The notes beneath the pieces were generated by a model. That model worked only from the letters and a program-made list of their open reading frames with translations. It had not been told where the DNA came from and made no database searches. From contig JACKAN010000012.1 of NCBI GenBank assembly GCA_020635055.1, positions 38,672 to 102,671 of the forward strand: 64,000 nucleotides of DNA, read 5' to 3'. Of the stretch, positions 16,241 to 26,582 are shown one piece after another. This stretch comes from Pseudobdellovibrionaceae bacterium. GTDB taxonomy: Bacteria > Bdellovibrionota > Bdellovibrionia > Bdellovibrionales > UBA1609. Positions within the stretch are counted from its first letter, which is position 1; each line of letters starts with the position of its first letter. A program made the translations under genes and the position numbers.

Positions 16241-16373
16241 GTTAATTGTGTTTAATAAGTTGTGTTTTGTAAACAATATAATTGATTCATCCCCAACTTC
16301 TACAATTAACAATTTACTGTTGGATGCATATAAGGTTTTTTGGAGTGCCACAAGCCTCTGGCACATCTTCGAT

Positions 16374-18133
16374 TCATTTATAATTTGTGTTCGCGCCAAC
16401 AGTTCGCATTCCATTTGTTCCGCCAGTCCAGCTAGCACAAGTATTTCCGACACTAATGTCACCTGTTACAGTTGTTCCTGTCCAAGAAGTACCCCTAAAG
16501 TTGTCTGACCCAAATGGATTCAAAAGTGGATTGGAAATGCTCCCAATCCATAAATTAGTCGTGGCTACTGTCGACCCATTAAATGCATTGACGATAGGAT
16601 AACTGAGTGTCAACCGGGATGCCGCACTGGTGGTATCGTCAGACAACACGGCCTTATAAGAACCTGCATAACCGGCTACACCCGCCTCAGATTGGCAAAT
16701 TCCATCGGCATTAGCGAGCCCGCCTATAGCTGAACCCACATTGGTCTGGCTGGTAAAAAATATTTTTAATACACCACTTAGGGTAGTCACAGTCCAATCT
16801 GTCTGGACAGTTCCTATGGTCACAGTAGCTACAAGCGCAGTGGATACTGAGTTACTAGTTGTCATGCGAACCTGAATGGTTTGTCCAGATTGAATTCCTG
16901 CAGATGTCGACCAGCTTCCACTTCATTGATACTAATTTGAGGACTTCCCCCTCCAGAAACTGAAGCCACTAAACATTGGCAAAAGTGTTATTTGAATCTT
17001 CAGAAAGTAAAGCAGCTGTTCCTAAACCTAAATTAGTGCCATCACCACTTACAAAATTATCAGCTGAGGGAGTTAAACCAGCTACATCAGTAAGTTGCGC
17101 ATCATAGGCTTGAACATCTATCTGTACCAATAGACAAACCTAAATTGGTTCGCGCGGTAGCTGCGTTCGATAAATCACTTAAATTATTTGTAGATACTAG
17201 ATCACCGGAACCCGAACCCGAACCCGAACCCGACAGGGATTGCACTGTTGTGCCATCATAATATTTTACTATATTGGCGGCATCGTCATACCAAATTTGC
17301 CCAGCAGCTAAACCCGATCCAGGATTGCCAGTAATTTGTGGTATCGAAGCCGAACCATTAGATCCTGTGCGAACATATTCTTTGGGAGATACAGAAAGTA
17401 AATCAACTAAATTGGGATAGTTCATAATTGAAAATACATTCTCAATATTTACTTGCGATAAAGAGGCTGTACCTGTATTGACTTGAATAAAATCTGTTGC
17501 ACTCTTGCCTTGAAGTCTTTCTGTGTTGTCTGCATAAAAGGCATAGGGAACAGATTGAACTAAAAGATTTTGCGTTAGAGTTTGAACACCCGAGCCATCG
17601 TTAAAACTAATTAACACATCTCTGGAGTCTCCTGGTGCTGGATCGTAAGTACTTCCTACTCCACAAGTAAGTAAACTCTGCACACCCAAAGTGTTGTCCA
17701 TAGCTAAAGCCAAAGTATTAGTGTCTTCATAACTCACGCCACTACGAGTGCCAGTGCCAACAATCAAAGAGAATGCACCCTGAGAACCCGTCATATTTAA
17801 AACATGGGACTCTTCGTAAAGTAAACAGGCATTGCCATCAGAAGACAAAATCTGAATAACAAAACTTACTGAGGGACTTTCCATGGGAAGGTCACTGACA
17901 TTAAGTATTGTGCCCTGTAAGGTTAGACCCTGTGGAGTTTGAGCTTGTATGTTTGAAATTGAGACAAAAAAAGCAAACAAAGCTGTAACAAATCTAAAGT
18001 TAATAATATTTTGATTAATATAAGAAGATTTAAAGATCCCAGTCATTGAACTTGCCCATTTAGAGATGTACATGCGACATCTCCTGCATAAATAAGGCTT
18101 TACAATGAACTTAACTACAAACATTCTATTCAT
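16374..18133 (-). pseudogene. Secreted tail-fibre-like / DUF1554-domain protein gene disrupted by at least 3 frameshifts
   Basis: ORF 17102-18133 ends in (GS)4-GDLVSTNNLSDLSNAATARTNLGL. The continuation YDAQLTDVAGLTPSADNF...LGLGTAAL is in another frame. Further pieces (VASVSGGGSPQISINEVE, then SGSWSTSAGIQSGQTIQVRMTTS) shift frame twice more before ORF 16374-16865. That ORF has a DUF1554-like pattern: IFFTS...GG..ADGICQ...YKAVLSD...SWTGT...CASWT. Confidence 0.7.
17205..17234 (-). repeat. Hexanucleotide coding repeat (CCSGAA x5) encoding the Gly-Ser linker
   Basis: The sequence is CCGGAACCCGAACCCGAACCCGAACCCGAC, which reads GSGSGSGSG on the minus strand. Confidence 0.85.
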
Positions 18134-18399
18134 AGTATTATTAACGGAATATTTAAATAATTTTAACGCAATTCTTAAGCATTTTTCTTAACATTTTTCG
18201 CTTAACTTCGTGCGTTTGTGTTGTTTTAGGAATAATACGAATATAAATGCGTGAATATAAATACGAATCAAATTTAGACGCATCAAAATGGGACAGGCTT
18301 CTCAAATTGTAACATTAAATTTAGTACTTGTGATAAAATTTAGGTAATATTTTATTTTAGTAAATAGAGATTTAACTCAATTTAAGAGTAGACCCTTTG

Positions 18400-18894
18400 A
18401 TGAAAAGAAAACTAGGATTCTTAATTTCTGCTTTTTTGGTTTTGATTGCTTTTCAAAATTGTAAGTCATTCGATACTCAAAAAAATCTAGTTCAAACATC
18501 CCAATGCACTGAAGAAATTAGAGAAAAAGCACTTGAGCAAATGGAATGGACTAGTGAAATTTGCAATCAAGCTAGTGCTTTTAAATGCAATTTAGCTGTG
18601 TTTTCCCCAGAAGTTAAAGATACTCATTTTTTCAGCGAAGAATGTATCAGAATGGATGGTGATACTTGGTGCTTAAAAATAGCCACAATTTCCTATGATA
18701 CCAGTGGACTACGTCAAAACCAAAGAGAGCCCGCAGAAGCCTTTGATTTGGGTGGAAGTTATAATCGAAAAGAGTACACATGTGTATTAACTGAATTGAA
18801 TCACAAGGGTGTGCCAATTATACAAACGGAAAGTGATTCTTTACAAGAAACACTGCTGTTGGCTCAAAATGAATGTTTAATGGGTGCAAAATGA
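18400..18894 (+). CDS. Cys-containing lipoprotein of unknown function
   Basis: The lipobox is LIAFQNC. The stop overlaps the next start (ATGA). Confidence 0.65.
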   Translation: MKRKLGFLISAFLVLIAFQNCKSFDTQKNLVQTSQCTEEIREKALEQMEWTSEICNQASAFKCNLAVFSPEVKDTHFFSEECIRMDGDTWCLKIATISYDTSGLRQNQREPAEAFDLGGSYNRKEYTCVLTELNHKGVPIIQTESDSLQETLLLAQNECLMGAK

Positions 18895-19439
18895 AATATT
18901 TAACAAGTTTATTTACTGTTATAAGTTTCTCAAATGCCTTTTCCCATACACGTTGGCAAGTGGATGGAAGTTTGCCGCCAAGAACTGACGACTCGGGTAT
19001 AAAATCCAGCAGCGCTCCCTGTGGCATAAGAAAATTTAATACACGAACAGCTTTAAAATCAGGGCAGGAATTGACCATTCAATGGGAAGAAACTATTGAT
19101 CACCCTGGTCATTTTGAAATTTGGTTTTCTATGGAGAACGACGATAACTGGGCTCTACTTAAAACAATTATTGATGATCAATCTGGCAGAAACAATGCTT
19201 CTCATTTTTTTACAAATAGTATTTCTGTTCCCGATGTGACATGTGACAATTGCACTTTGCAGATTCGTCAAATAATGACTGATCGCAATCCTCCGACCCT
19301 CTACTATTCATGTGCCGATGTTCAGATCTCACCAAATAACCCCCCGGTGATTGTTAAAACGCCTATAGAGCCACCTTTAGAGATTCCTCCAATGACTCCA
19401 AGTGCCCCTCCTGGGCATAGTGATTGTACTGACCTATAA
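18891..19439 (+). CDS. Secreted LPMO-like protein, putative copper histidine-brace type (resembles the 'SCE4755-type polysaccharide monooxygenase-like' family as I recall it)
   Basis: The signal peptide MKYLTSLFTVISFSNAFS is predicted to be cleaved directly before His (HTRW...). Other conserved-looking segments are PCG, EETIDHPGHFEIWFS, CDNCTLQIRQIM and YYSCADVQI. The C-terminal tail is Pro-rich. Confidence 0.5.
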   Translation: MKYLTSLFTVISFSNAFSHTRWQVDGSLPPRTDDSGIKSSSAPCGIRKFNTRTALKSGQELTIQWEETIDHPGHFEIWFSMENDDNWALLKTIIDDQSGRNNASHFFTNSISVPDVTCDNCTLQIRQIMTDRNPPTLYYSCADVQISPNNPPVIVKTPIEPPLEIPPMTPSAPPGHSDCTDL

Positions 19440-19606
19440 ATCAAATAAAAAATGATGAATTTGTCCCAAGATTAAGTAGAAAATTGAGTAAAAAGGCTAC
19501 AGTGGATTCACCTAAGTGGAGTTTATTTGTATTAAAAACAAATAGAGTTGAAATTATTTAAAATACAATTAATTTAAGCATAACAATAGAATTGAAAGGG
19601 AATTTT

Positions 19607-20809
19607 ATGAAGTTAGCCATATTGTCGCGAGAGCCCAATAGTTATAGCACAAAGCGCTTAGTAGAGGCCTGCAGAAAAAGAGACCACAATGTAAAAGTTC
19701 TTAATACATTAAAATTTGCTATTGATATTGAAGAAGAGAACCCAGACCTTTACTACAAACAAAAACGAATCACTCTGTATGATGCTATATTACCTAGAAT
19801 AGGAGCTTCTATAACTTATTATGGAACAGCTGTAGTTAGACAATTTCAACAAATGGATGTTTTTTGTGCTAACTCTGCCGATGGCATTTTAAATTCAAGA
19901 GATAAGCTCAGAAGTTTTCAAATCTTAAGTAAACATAAAATTGGAATTCCTCCAACAACATTTGTTAGAGATAAAAATGATGTTTTACCAGCAATCAAAA
20001 GAATTGGCGGAGTGCCAGTTGTTATAAAATTGTTAGAAGGCACCCAAGGTATAGGTGTTTTGCTTGCCGATACTCTAGAAATTGCTACCTCTATAATTGA
20101 ATTACTACAGAGTCAAAAACAGAACGTTTTAATTCAAAAGTTTGTAGCTGAAAGCAAGGGTAAAGATATTCGGGCCATTGTGGTTGGGGATCAAGTGGTT
20201 GCGGCAATGAGACGAGTGGCCCAAGGCCAAGAGTTCCGTAGCAATGTGCATCGAGGCGGAAAAACAGAGGTTGTGGAACTTGACGAAGTTTATAAAGAAA
20301 CAGCCATTCGAGCAACAAAGATTATGGGTTTATCTATTGCAGGTGTGGATATGTTAGAGGGTAAAGATGGGCCACAGATCATGGAAATTAATTCCTCTCC
20401 CGGATTAGAAGGGATTGAAAGCTGTTCTAAATTGGATGTGGCGGGAGCCTTTATTGACTATATTGCTGCCCAGGTGGATTTTCCTGAAATTGATGTGCGC
20501 CAGCGCCTAACGGTGAGCAAGGGTTATGGAGTTACAGAAATATATATTCCCAAAGGTTCTGAATACATCAATCAAACAATACTGGGTTCAGGTCTTAGAG
20601 AAAAAGATATCAATGTTTTGACACTACATCGAGAGGGAAAAGTGATTCCCAACCCTAAGTCGGAAAGAATACTGCAATCAGAGGATAGACTTTTATGTTT
20701 TGGTAGACTCGATGCTATGAAAAAATTAATTCCAGAAAAAACACAAAAAAGAAGACGACCAAAAATGAAAAAATTGCCGCCAGTCGAAGAAAAAAATGAT
20801 CAATTTTAG
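19607..20809 (+). CDS. rimK: RimK-family ATP-grasp alpha-L-glutamate ligase with a C-terminal TrkA-C/RCK-like extension
   Basis: MKLAILSREPNSYSTKRLVEA... and the ATP-grasp core (VVIKLLEGTQGIGV, RAIVVG, EINSSPGLEGIE) support the call. The C-terminal segment VLTLHREGKVIPNPKSERILQSEDRLLCFG is RCK-C-like. Confidence 0.85.
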   Translation: MKLAILSREPNSYSTKRLVEACRKRDHNVKVLNTLKFAIDIEEENPDLYYKQKRITLYDAILPRIGASITYYGTAVVRQFQQMDVFCANSADGILNSRDKLRSFQILSKHKIGIPPTTFVRDKNDVLPAIKRIGGVPVVIKLLEGTQGIGVLLADTLEIATSIIELLQSQKQNVLIQKFVAESKGKDIRAIVVGDQVVAAMRRVAQGQEFRSNVHRGGKTEVVELDEVYKETAIRATKIMGLSIAGVDMLEGKDGPQIMEINSSPGLEGIESCSKLDVAGAFIDYIAAQVDFPEIDVRQRLTVSKGYGVTEIYIPKGSEYINQTILGSGLREKDINVLTLHREGKVIPNPKSERILQSEDRLLCFGRLDAMKKLIPEKTQKRRRPKMKKLPPVEEKNDQF

Positions 20810-20823
20810 TTTTAGGAAGCCTA

Positions 20824-21852
20824 ATGAATAATCAAAATATGAAGCCAATTAAAATTGGTATGCACAAAATTTTCCCCGGTGAGAGAAAAAAAATTCAGCT
20901 CGAAGTCGCTGCACTTTTTGATTATACCCAGCTCAATATTCCATTGGAAATTATACGTGGTAAAGAGGACGGACCGACACTATTTATTAGTGCAGCGATT
21001 CATGGTGATGAAATTAATGGAGTGGAAATTCTTAAAAGACTTTTACAAAAATCAGTTTTAAAAAAAATAAAAGGCACACTTATTGCGGTCCCTGTTGTTA
21101 ATGTTTTTGGTTTTAATAGTAAGTCTAGATATTTGCCAGACCGCCGTGACCTTAATCGATGTTTTCCTGGAACCGCCGATGGATCACTGGCAGGAAGGCT
21201 TGCTCATATTTTTATGAAAGAGATCGTAAGTAAGTGTACACATGGAATTGATCTTCATACAGGAGCCATCCATAGAACAAATTTGCCACAAATACGTGCC
21301 TGCTTAGATGAGCCAGAGACCAGAGAATTAGCAAAAAGCTTTGGCGTACCAGTTGTGATACATGCAAAACTCAAAGATGGCTCACTGAGAGAAGCCGCTC
21401 GAAAGAAGAAAGTGCATACACTTTTGTTTGAAGGAGGAGAAGCATTGAGGTTTGAAAATGATGTGATTAGATCTGGCTTAAGAGGTTGCTTTTCAGTTAT
21501 GCGAAAAATCGGAATGTTGCCTCCTTCAAAAAAGGCAAAACAAAAAGAAGAGACAAAAGTATTTGTGGCAAAGCAAAGCTATTGGGTCCGTGCAAATCAC
21601 AGTGGCTCTTTTAGAGCTCTTAAAAAAGTGGGTGATCACATTTTAGAAAATGAAGTGTTAGCCATTATTTCCGATCCCTTTGGTTGTGAACCTTATGAAG
21701 TAAAGGCCATAGAGGGTGGGATAATTATTGGGATGGTAACTATTCCCTTAGTTAATAAAGGTGATGCTATGGTTCATATAGCTACCTTTAAAAATTCAAA
21801 GCATGTTAAAGAAGCTATTGAAATTTACGACGAACAAATGGTTCCCGGTTAA
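20824..21852 (+). CDS. Succinylglutamate desuccinylase/aspartoacylase-family zinc hydrolase
   Basis: The zinc-site region ISAAIHGDEINGVEI, DLNRCFPG and GIDLHTG are present. This family is commonly paired with rimK. Confidence 0.85.
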   Translation: MNNQNMKPIKIGMHKIFPGERKKIQLEVAALFDYTQLNIPLEIIRGKEDGPTLFISAAIHGDEINGVEILKRLLQKSVLKKIKGTLIAVPVVNVFGFNSKSRYLPDRRDLNRCFPGTADGSLAGRLAHIFMKEIVSKCTHGIDLHTGAIHRTNLPQIRACLDEPETRELAKSFGVPVVIHAKLKDGSLREAARKKKVHTLLFEGGEALRFENDVIRSGLRGCFSVMRKIGMLPPSKKAKQKEETKVFVAKQSYWVRANHSGSFRALKKVGDHILENEVLAIISDPFGCEPYEVKAIEGGIIIGMVTIPLVNKGDAMVHIATFKNSKHVKEAIEIYDEQMVPG

Positions 21853-21912
21853 ATTTGCGATATGCGGGTGGTCAAAGCCAATTCTCGCAATCATTAATTT
21901 TATTAGGACCAA

Positions 21913-22392
21913 TCAACAATCATAATCTGCTAAAAGTTTGAGATATTTATTTCTAAATGAATTGCATCTTTCATAATTATTTTGCTGAACATTCATTTTA
22001 TTGTGATGGTCTCCAAGAGTATTTTTTCTTACTTTGAATAATAAGATATGGTCCATGGCTTCAGTTTTAAAGTTATCCCTGAAATGGCAGGCGAAGCGAT
22101 TGTCTTTTGTACTGGCACAAGCTGCATTCAATTGTGCTAGAGTATTTGCATAAATATTTACAGCTAAATTTTTATATCCTAAATCCCATAATTCTCGGGC
22201 GTTTTGGATGCTTTCTTCAAAGACTTTGGCTTCTTTTTCACTAAAAGTATGGGCTTCATAATAATTCAGATCATATTGAGAAACACCAACCATATATTCT
22301 TCTGCGGAAAGGGTGCCAAAGGCATCAGCCAGGGTGAGCTGACTTGTTATGGTAAACAATGTAAAAACATAAACAATTTTTAATTTTAACAC
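21913..22392 (-). CDS. Hypothetical secreted protein
   Basis: It has an N-terminal signal-like segment MLKLKIVYVFTLFTITSQLTLA. I recognise no family. Confidence 0.5.
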   Translation of the reverse strand: MLKLKIVYVFTLFTITSQLTLADAFGTLSAEEYMVGVSQYDLNYYEAHTFSEKEAKVFEESIQNARELWDLGYKNLAVNIYANTLAQLNAACASTKDNRFACHFRDNFKTEAMDHILLFKVRKNTLGDHHNKMNVQQNNYERCNSFRNKYLKLLADYDC

Positions 22393-22521
22393 CTAGAAAC
22401 TCCAATAATATTTGCAGGAGATCTATCATAAATTATAGATTTAACAAAAAATAAAGTTAAAGTTTTGATTTTAAAGTGAATTTTTTGCTCGATTTTTACA
22501 CGAATATGCCGATAAGTAACT

Positions 22522-25011
22522 ATGTTTAACAGAGCACGTATCTTAATGAGACAGGGTTTATTTTTCCTATTTTTATTCACTTTATTAAGTGGGTGTAAGC
22601 TCAACCGCGATATTTCTGGAAATGCGAGTTCTAATACTGAGCCAGCAGTAAATTCTAATTTATCTGCTAACTCAACTGCCATCACCTTAATGGAAACAGA
22701 CACCGATTTTCAAGATGTAACATCTTTAAACCTAGAGCTTTCAAAAGCTTTGGATAAACCACTTATAATTAGTTTATCAACTGTGGATATTTATGCCACT
22801 TCAGGCATTGACTATGTTCTACCTTATACAACACTTACACTTCTTGCTGGCTCTATAAGCGTAAATGTTCCCATTCTTATAAAGGGCGATATTCTTGGCG
22901 AGGGCAGTGAGAATTTTAAAATCCAATTGTCAGTTAATGATCCTAATGTAAATTTATTGGACTCTGAAATTGCAGTAACCATTAGCGACAATGACCCCAG
23001 AGTATTGCAAGTGAATCCGCTATATCCTACTAGTGGTTCTAATTTTTTAGATCTTGTTGAAAATGCACCCACCACAGCTCTTATAGATATTGCTGATACC
23101 ACTTGCAGTTATACTCCTGGATCATCTAAGTATGACGACTGTTTAGATGGAGGGTATTATAAAAAAGTCATCGCAACAGGAGAGCATAGCTGCGACAACT
23201 TAATTTTAGAAGATAATTTGGGAGTTTTTAACTGGGTTTGCTCCGAAAGCGAGGACCCTGTTTTTTTCTACTCAGATAATATGAAAGAATATAAGGGATT
23301 AAAGGATGTATTAAATCCTACGACTTTTAAAGATAATTTCGTGGATTTAAAAAAGAGCGGGTCTTCTATTGCTACTTCTACCCCTGGAGTATGGTGGAGC
23401 AATGTAATATCGCCAATTACTTTAAATTCGGGAGAAGCAGACTCACGTTTGAATTTATCTACAAGTGGAACCATTTATACAATTTCAGGAGGGGGGACCT
23501 CACGTGGGATCACGATAAGTGGTGCCCGAGTCGCTTTAGTAAATCTTGGAGCGAGTGTAAGTTCAATGAATCCTATGGATGGTGATTGTTTAGATTTTTC
23601 TGGTGGAACACAAGAGTGTTTAATTAAAATTGTTCCGGGTGCAAATGCGGCTTATGTTGAGGGAGCATATATTGGGACATTCAACTTGCATAGTCTAATT
23701 TCATTAGATGCTAATCTAGGTGTGTCTATTCCCATTGTAAATTTAAATCTTTTAGATTTAAAAGGGGTCACAACGGGATTTGGGATTTATAGTGATTCTG
23801 CAAGACTAGATGGATTGAATATAAAACAATCTAAAATAGATAATTTTGCTTTTAACATAGGTCTCATGGGTTCAGGCTTTGATCAACTAGTTAGAGACAC
23901 AATACTGTTAAATGCGGCTAGTATTAGTTTCAACATTTCAATAAATTGTTGGAATTTGAAAATTGTAAATATGAAAATAATAAACAGCGGTAGTATCGCT
24001 ATAGGTACTTTACCATGGTACACGATACTAAAAAATATTGTTATTTTTAACAATGGCGGTAATGGAATTCAGGAATTTGCTCAAGGAACAATAGCGGACC
24101 AAATATTATCAGTGGGTAATAGTGGAGATGGTCTAAATATGACTTTAACTGCAGGTGTATTAAAAAATATTAATAGTTTTAATAATTTAGGAAGTGGATT
24201 AAATTTGGGCGGTTCGGGAGCCCCCAGTAGAGTGTATAACTCTATAATTGCCAACAACAACTTAGGTTTTAACAACAGAACTATTGGCGGGACCTATGCA
24301 AACTTAATTATAACTGATAATAATACCGGGATAGATTACAATAATAGTGCAAACAACACTGTTTTTAGTGGTCAATTGATTCTAGGTAACACAACAAACT
24401 GTAGTTATACATCGGCAGGAGCTAACCCAGGGCTGCAAGGTGCCAATTGCGACAACCAAGGTTCCAGTGATGCAATTGCTAGCACAGGAACTGCTGCAGG
24501 ATTATTTCAAGGTAAGGTGACTTCTGAAAGTGTTAATACTCACAGTACGGGAAGTTCTCTAGCCAGTTTAATTACTGATTGGTTAAATTTTGAGAATCCA
24601 TTTAGGCTATGGGCAGCAGATGCCATAAGTGCTTTAGTAACAGCCACACGTGGCAGGTGTACAGACACAGGTAACTGTAGAATTTGGGATATGCAGTTGT
24701 TAAATACGGCAAATCTAACCTATAATTTTCATGGACCTTTTGTAAATAATGCGACTTGCCCAGCTTCGGTACAAGGAGATGTGACAGATTTGTATTTTTC
24801 TAATCCCTACCTTCTGAATGCCTCTGAAATTTTATTTGATAGAATTGGTAATGACAATGGGCTTTGTGAGTCTGGTGAAAGTTGTATTTACACACCTCAT
24901 CTAGGTTATTACCAGGGATCGGGAGATTACAAAACTAACACCTGTAACTTCGTTAACGGAACAGGTGTAAACGCAGTTACCAACGTAAAACTATACGCCT
25001 ACCCACAATAA
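22522..25011 (+). CDS. Large lipoprotein with a Calx-beta-like domain followed by a right-handed parallel beta-helix region
   Basis: The lipobox is LLSGC. The Calx-beta pattern is TSGIDYV...LLAGSISVNVPILIKGDILGEGSENFKIQLS. Repeated NN(G/L)G(N/S)G(I/L)N turns (NNGGNGI, GNSGDGLN, NNLGSGLN) mark the beta-helix. Confidence 0.7.
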   Translation: MFNRARILMRQGLFFLFLFTLLSGCKLNRDISGNASSNTEPAVNSNLSANSTAITLMETDTDFQDVTSLNLELSKALDKPLIISLSTVDIYATSGIDYVLPYTTLTLLAGSISVNVPILIKGDILGEGSENFKIQLSVNDPNVNLLDSEIAVTISDNDPRVLQVNPLYPTSGSNFLDLVENAPTTALIDIADTTCSYTPGSSKYDDCLDGGYYKKVIATGEHSCDNLILEDNLGVFNWVCSESEDPVFFYSDNMKEYKGLKDVLNPTTFKDNFVDLKKSGSSIATSTPGVWWSNVISPITLNSGEADSRLNLSTSGTIYTISGGGTSRGITISGARVALVNLGASVSSMNPMDGDCLDFSGGTQECLIKIVPGANAAYVEGAYIGTFNLHSLISLDANLGVSIPIVNLNLLDLKGVTTGFGIYSDSARLDGLNIKQSKIDNFAFNIGLMGSGFDQLVRDTILLNAASISFNISINCWNLKIVNMKIINSGSIAIGTLPWYTILKNIVIFNNGGNGIQEFAQGTIADQILSVGNSGDGLNMTLTAGVLKNINSFNNLGSGLNLGGSGAPSRVYNSIIANNNLGFNNRTIGGTYANLIITDNNTGIDYNNSANNTVFSGQLILGNTTNCSYTSAGANPGLQGANCDNQGSSDAIASTGTAAGLFQGKVTSESVNTHSTGSSLASLITDWLNFENPFRLWAADAISALVTATRGRCTDTGNCRIWDMQLLNTANLTYNFHGPFVNNATCPASVQGDVTDLYFSNPYLLNASEILFDRIGNDNGLCESGESCIYTPHLGYYQGSGDYKTNTCNFVNGTGVNAVTNVKLYAYPQ

Positions 25012-25091
25012 GCTTCCCGGGCTGATTTCACATTACCAGTGCAACATTTTTTTAAAAAAATACTTCGAATGGTGTCTTAAAGTTAAAATAA

Positions 25092-25119
25092 TAGCGCTGG
25101 AGTTGCTGTGCAGCAATTG
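25092..25119. repeat. Solo copy of the terminal repeat of the second IS630-like element, TA-flanked
   Basis: TA-GCGCTGGAGTTGCTGTGCAGCAATTG resembles TA-GCGCCGGAGTTGCAATGCAGTATG at 26326. Confidence 0.5.
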
Positions 25120-25464
25120 TTAGGGCAATTCTATAAAATAATTTCCCATATTCAAAACCAATTTTCCTTAATTTATGCTTCTCTCATCAGTTTCAATTTA
25201 ACAATTATTTTCTAGAATTGCTATTAAGGCAACTTTGTCCGCAATACGAATCATTTTTTTATTCTTGACAATAGAAATCTTAAAAAATGAATATAGAAAT
25301 GCAATACATTAAAAGTCATTTCAGATAGTGTTTTAAATTCAATATAGCCTTTCTCAGGCAACTTATCTAGATAAACATTATATTTCTTAATGGGATTTTA
25401 AAAGCTTATTTAAAGCCATTTTCAGGCTTAAATTATCACTTTTAAAACTCATGATTTAAAGCTC

Positions 25465-25516
<52 letters not shown>

Positions 25517-25527
25517 GAGGAGCTCCC

Positions 25528-26327
25528 ATGAACTATAATATGAAAGAAAGCGCTTCTATAAATTTAAAGCATCTTAAAGATCATGAGCTTTTAACTCAAA
25601 CTTTAAATCTTATTCAAAAAGAACGACACTTGCTTACATAAGTTCTCCATCACCTTAAGGAAGTAGAAAGGCGCAGGTTGTTTTTAGACCTTGGCTATCA
25701 AAGTTTATTTGAGTATACAGTTAAAGAACTCAAATATAGCGAGGGCCAAGCCGGTAGAAGAATACAAGCGATGAGACTTTTAAAAGAAATTCCAGAAATA
25801 GAAAAGAAAATCGAATCAGTAGCTTTAAGTTTAACCAGTATCTCACAAGCTAAAGCCTTTTTTAGGGAAGTCAAAAAATCTGGATTTAATAAAATTAAAT
25901 CTAGTACAAGTGATTTAAATAAAAATAAGACAAATAAAATGAACCAAATAAAATGTTGTGTAATCTTGATAAGTTAAAACTATTAGAAAGTTTGGAAAAC
26001 AAATCGATCCGTCAAAGGCAGAAAATACTTTTACAAATGCTACTAGAAATCGCATTACCAAAAGAAAAAGAACGCCTACTTTCTGATAACCATACAGAAA
26101 TCAGATTTGTTTTAAATCAAGAGTTAAAAAATAGACTTGCTGAACTAAGATCATTATTGGGTGCAAAGGGTGCCACTATAAATATGGTGGAACTGATTGA
26201 TTATATGATCAAGATCAGTATCGAAACAATAAAAATTAAAAAGTTCGGAAATAAGCGGGTCCTAAGCGAACAAAGAAAGGTAGAAACTACTTTAGAAGCC
26301 AAATCTAAAATACAGCAAGATGAAATA
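25528..26327 (+). pseudogene. HNH-endonuclease-family gene (N-terminal helical region only), inactivated by a nonsense codon, a frameshift and an IS insertion
   Basis: It reads MNYNMKES...LIQKERHLLT*VLHHLKEVERRRLFLDLGYQSLFEYTVKELKYSEGQAGRRIQAMRLLKEIPEIEKKI, where TAA occupies the position where related proteins have Glu. A frame change occurs near 25950 (KLKLLESLENKSIRQ...). The HNH catalytic part is absent, and the reading frame runs into the IS630-like repeat at 26328. Confidence 0.6.
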
Positions 26328-26582
26328 GCGCCGGAGTTGCAATGCAGTATGAACTTTAAATCTAAAAACAATAAAAGCTATACAAGAGGCAAAGAGAAAT
26401 GGTTGAACAAAAAAATCTATGGCCGGAGTTGATTAGCAATATAAGAAGTAAAACTATATACAACCAACAAGTTCCAGATGGAACACTAAAACATAGACTT
26501 AGTGAGTTAACAGACAAACCAAAACCAACAGTTAAATCAACTAATATATAGGTTCGCATAATTAAAAGGACATAGTTGATTA

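Noticed and set aside
16374-16865. The C-type-lectin-like DUF1554 C-terminus was considered as a diversity-generating retroelement variable region.
   Set aside because: The window contains no reverse transcriptase, and I found no template-repeat copy of the 3' coding region.
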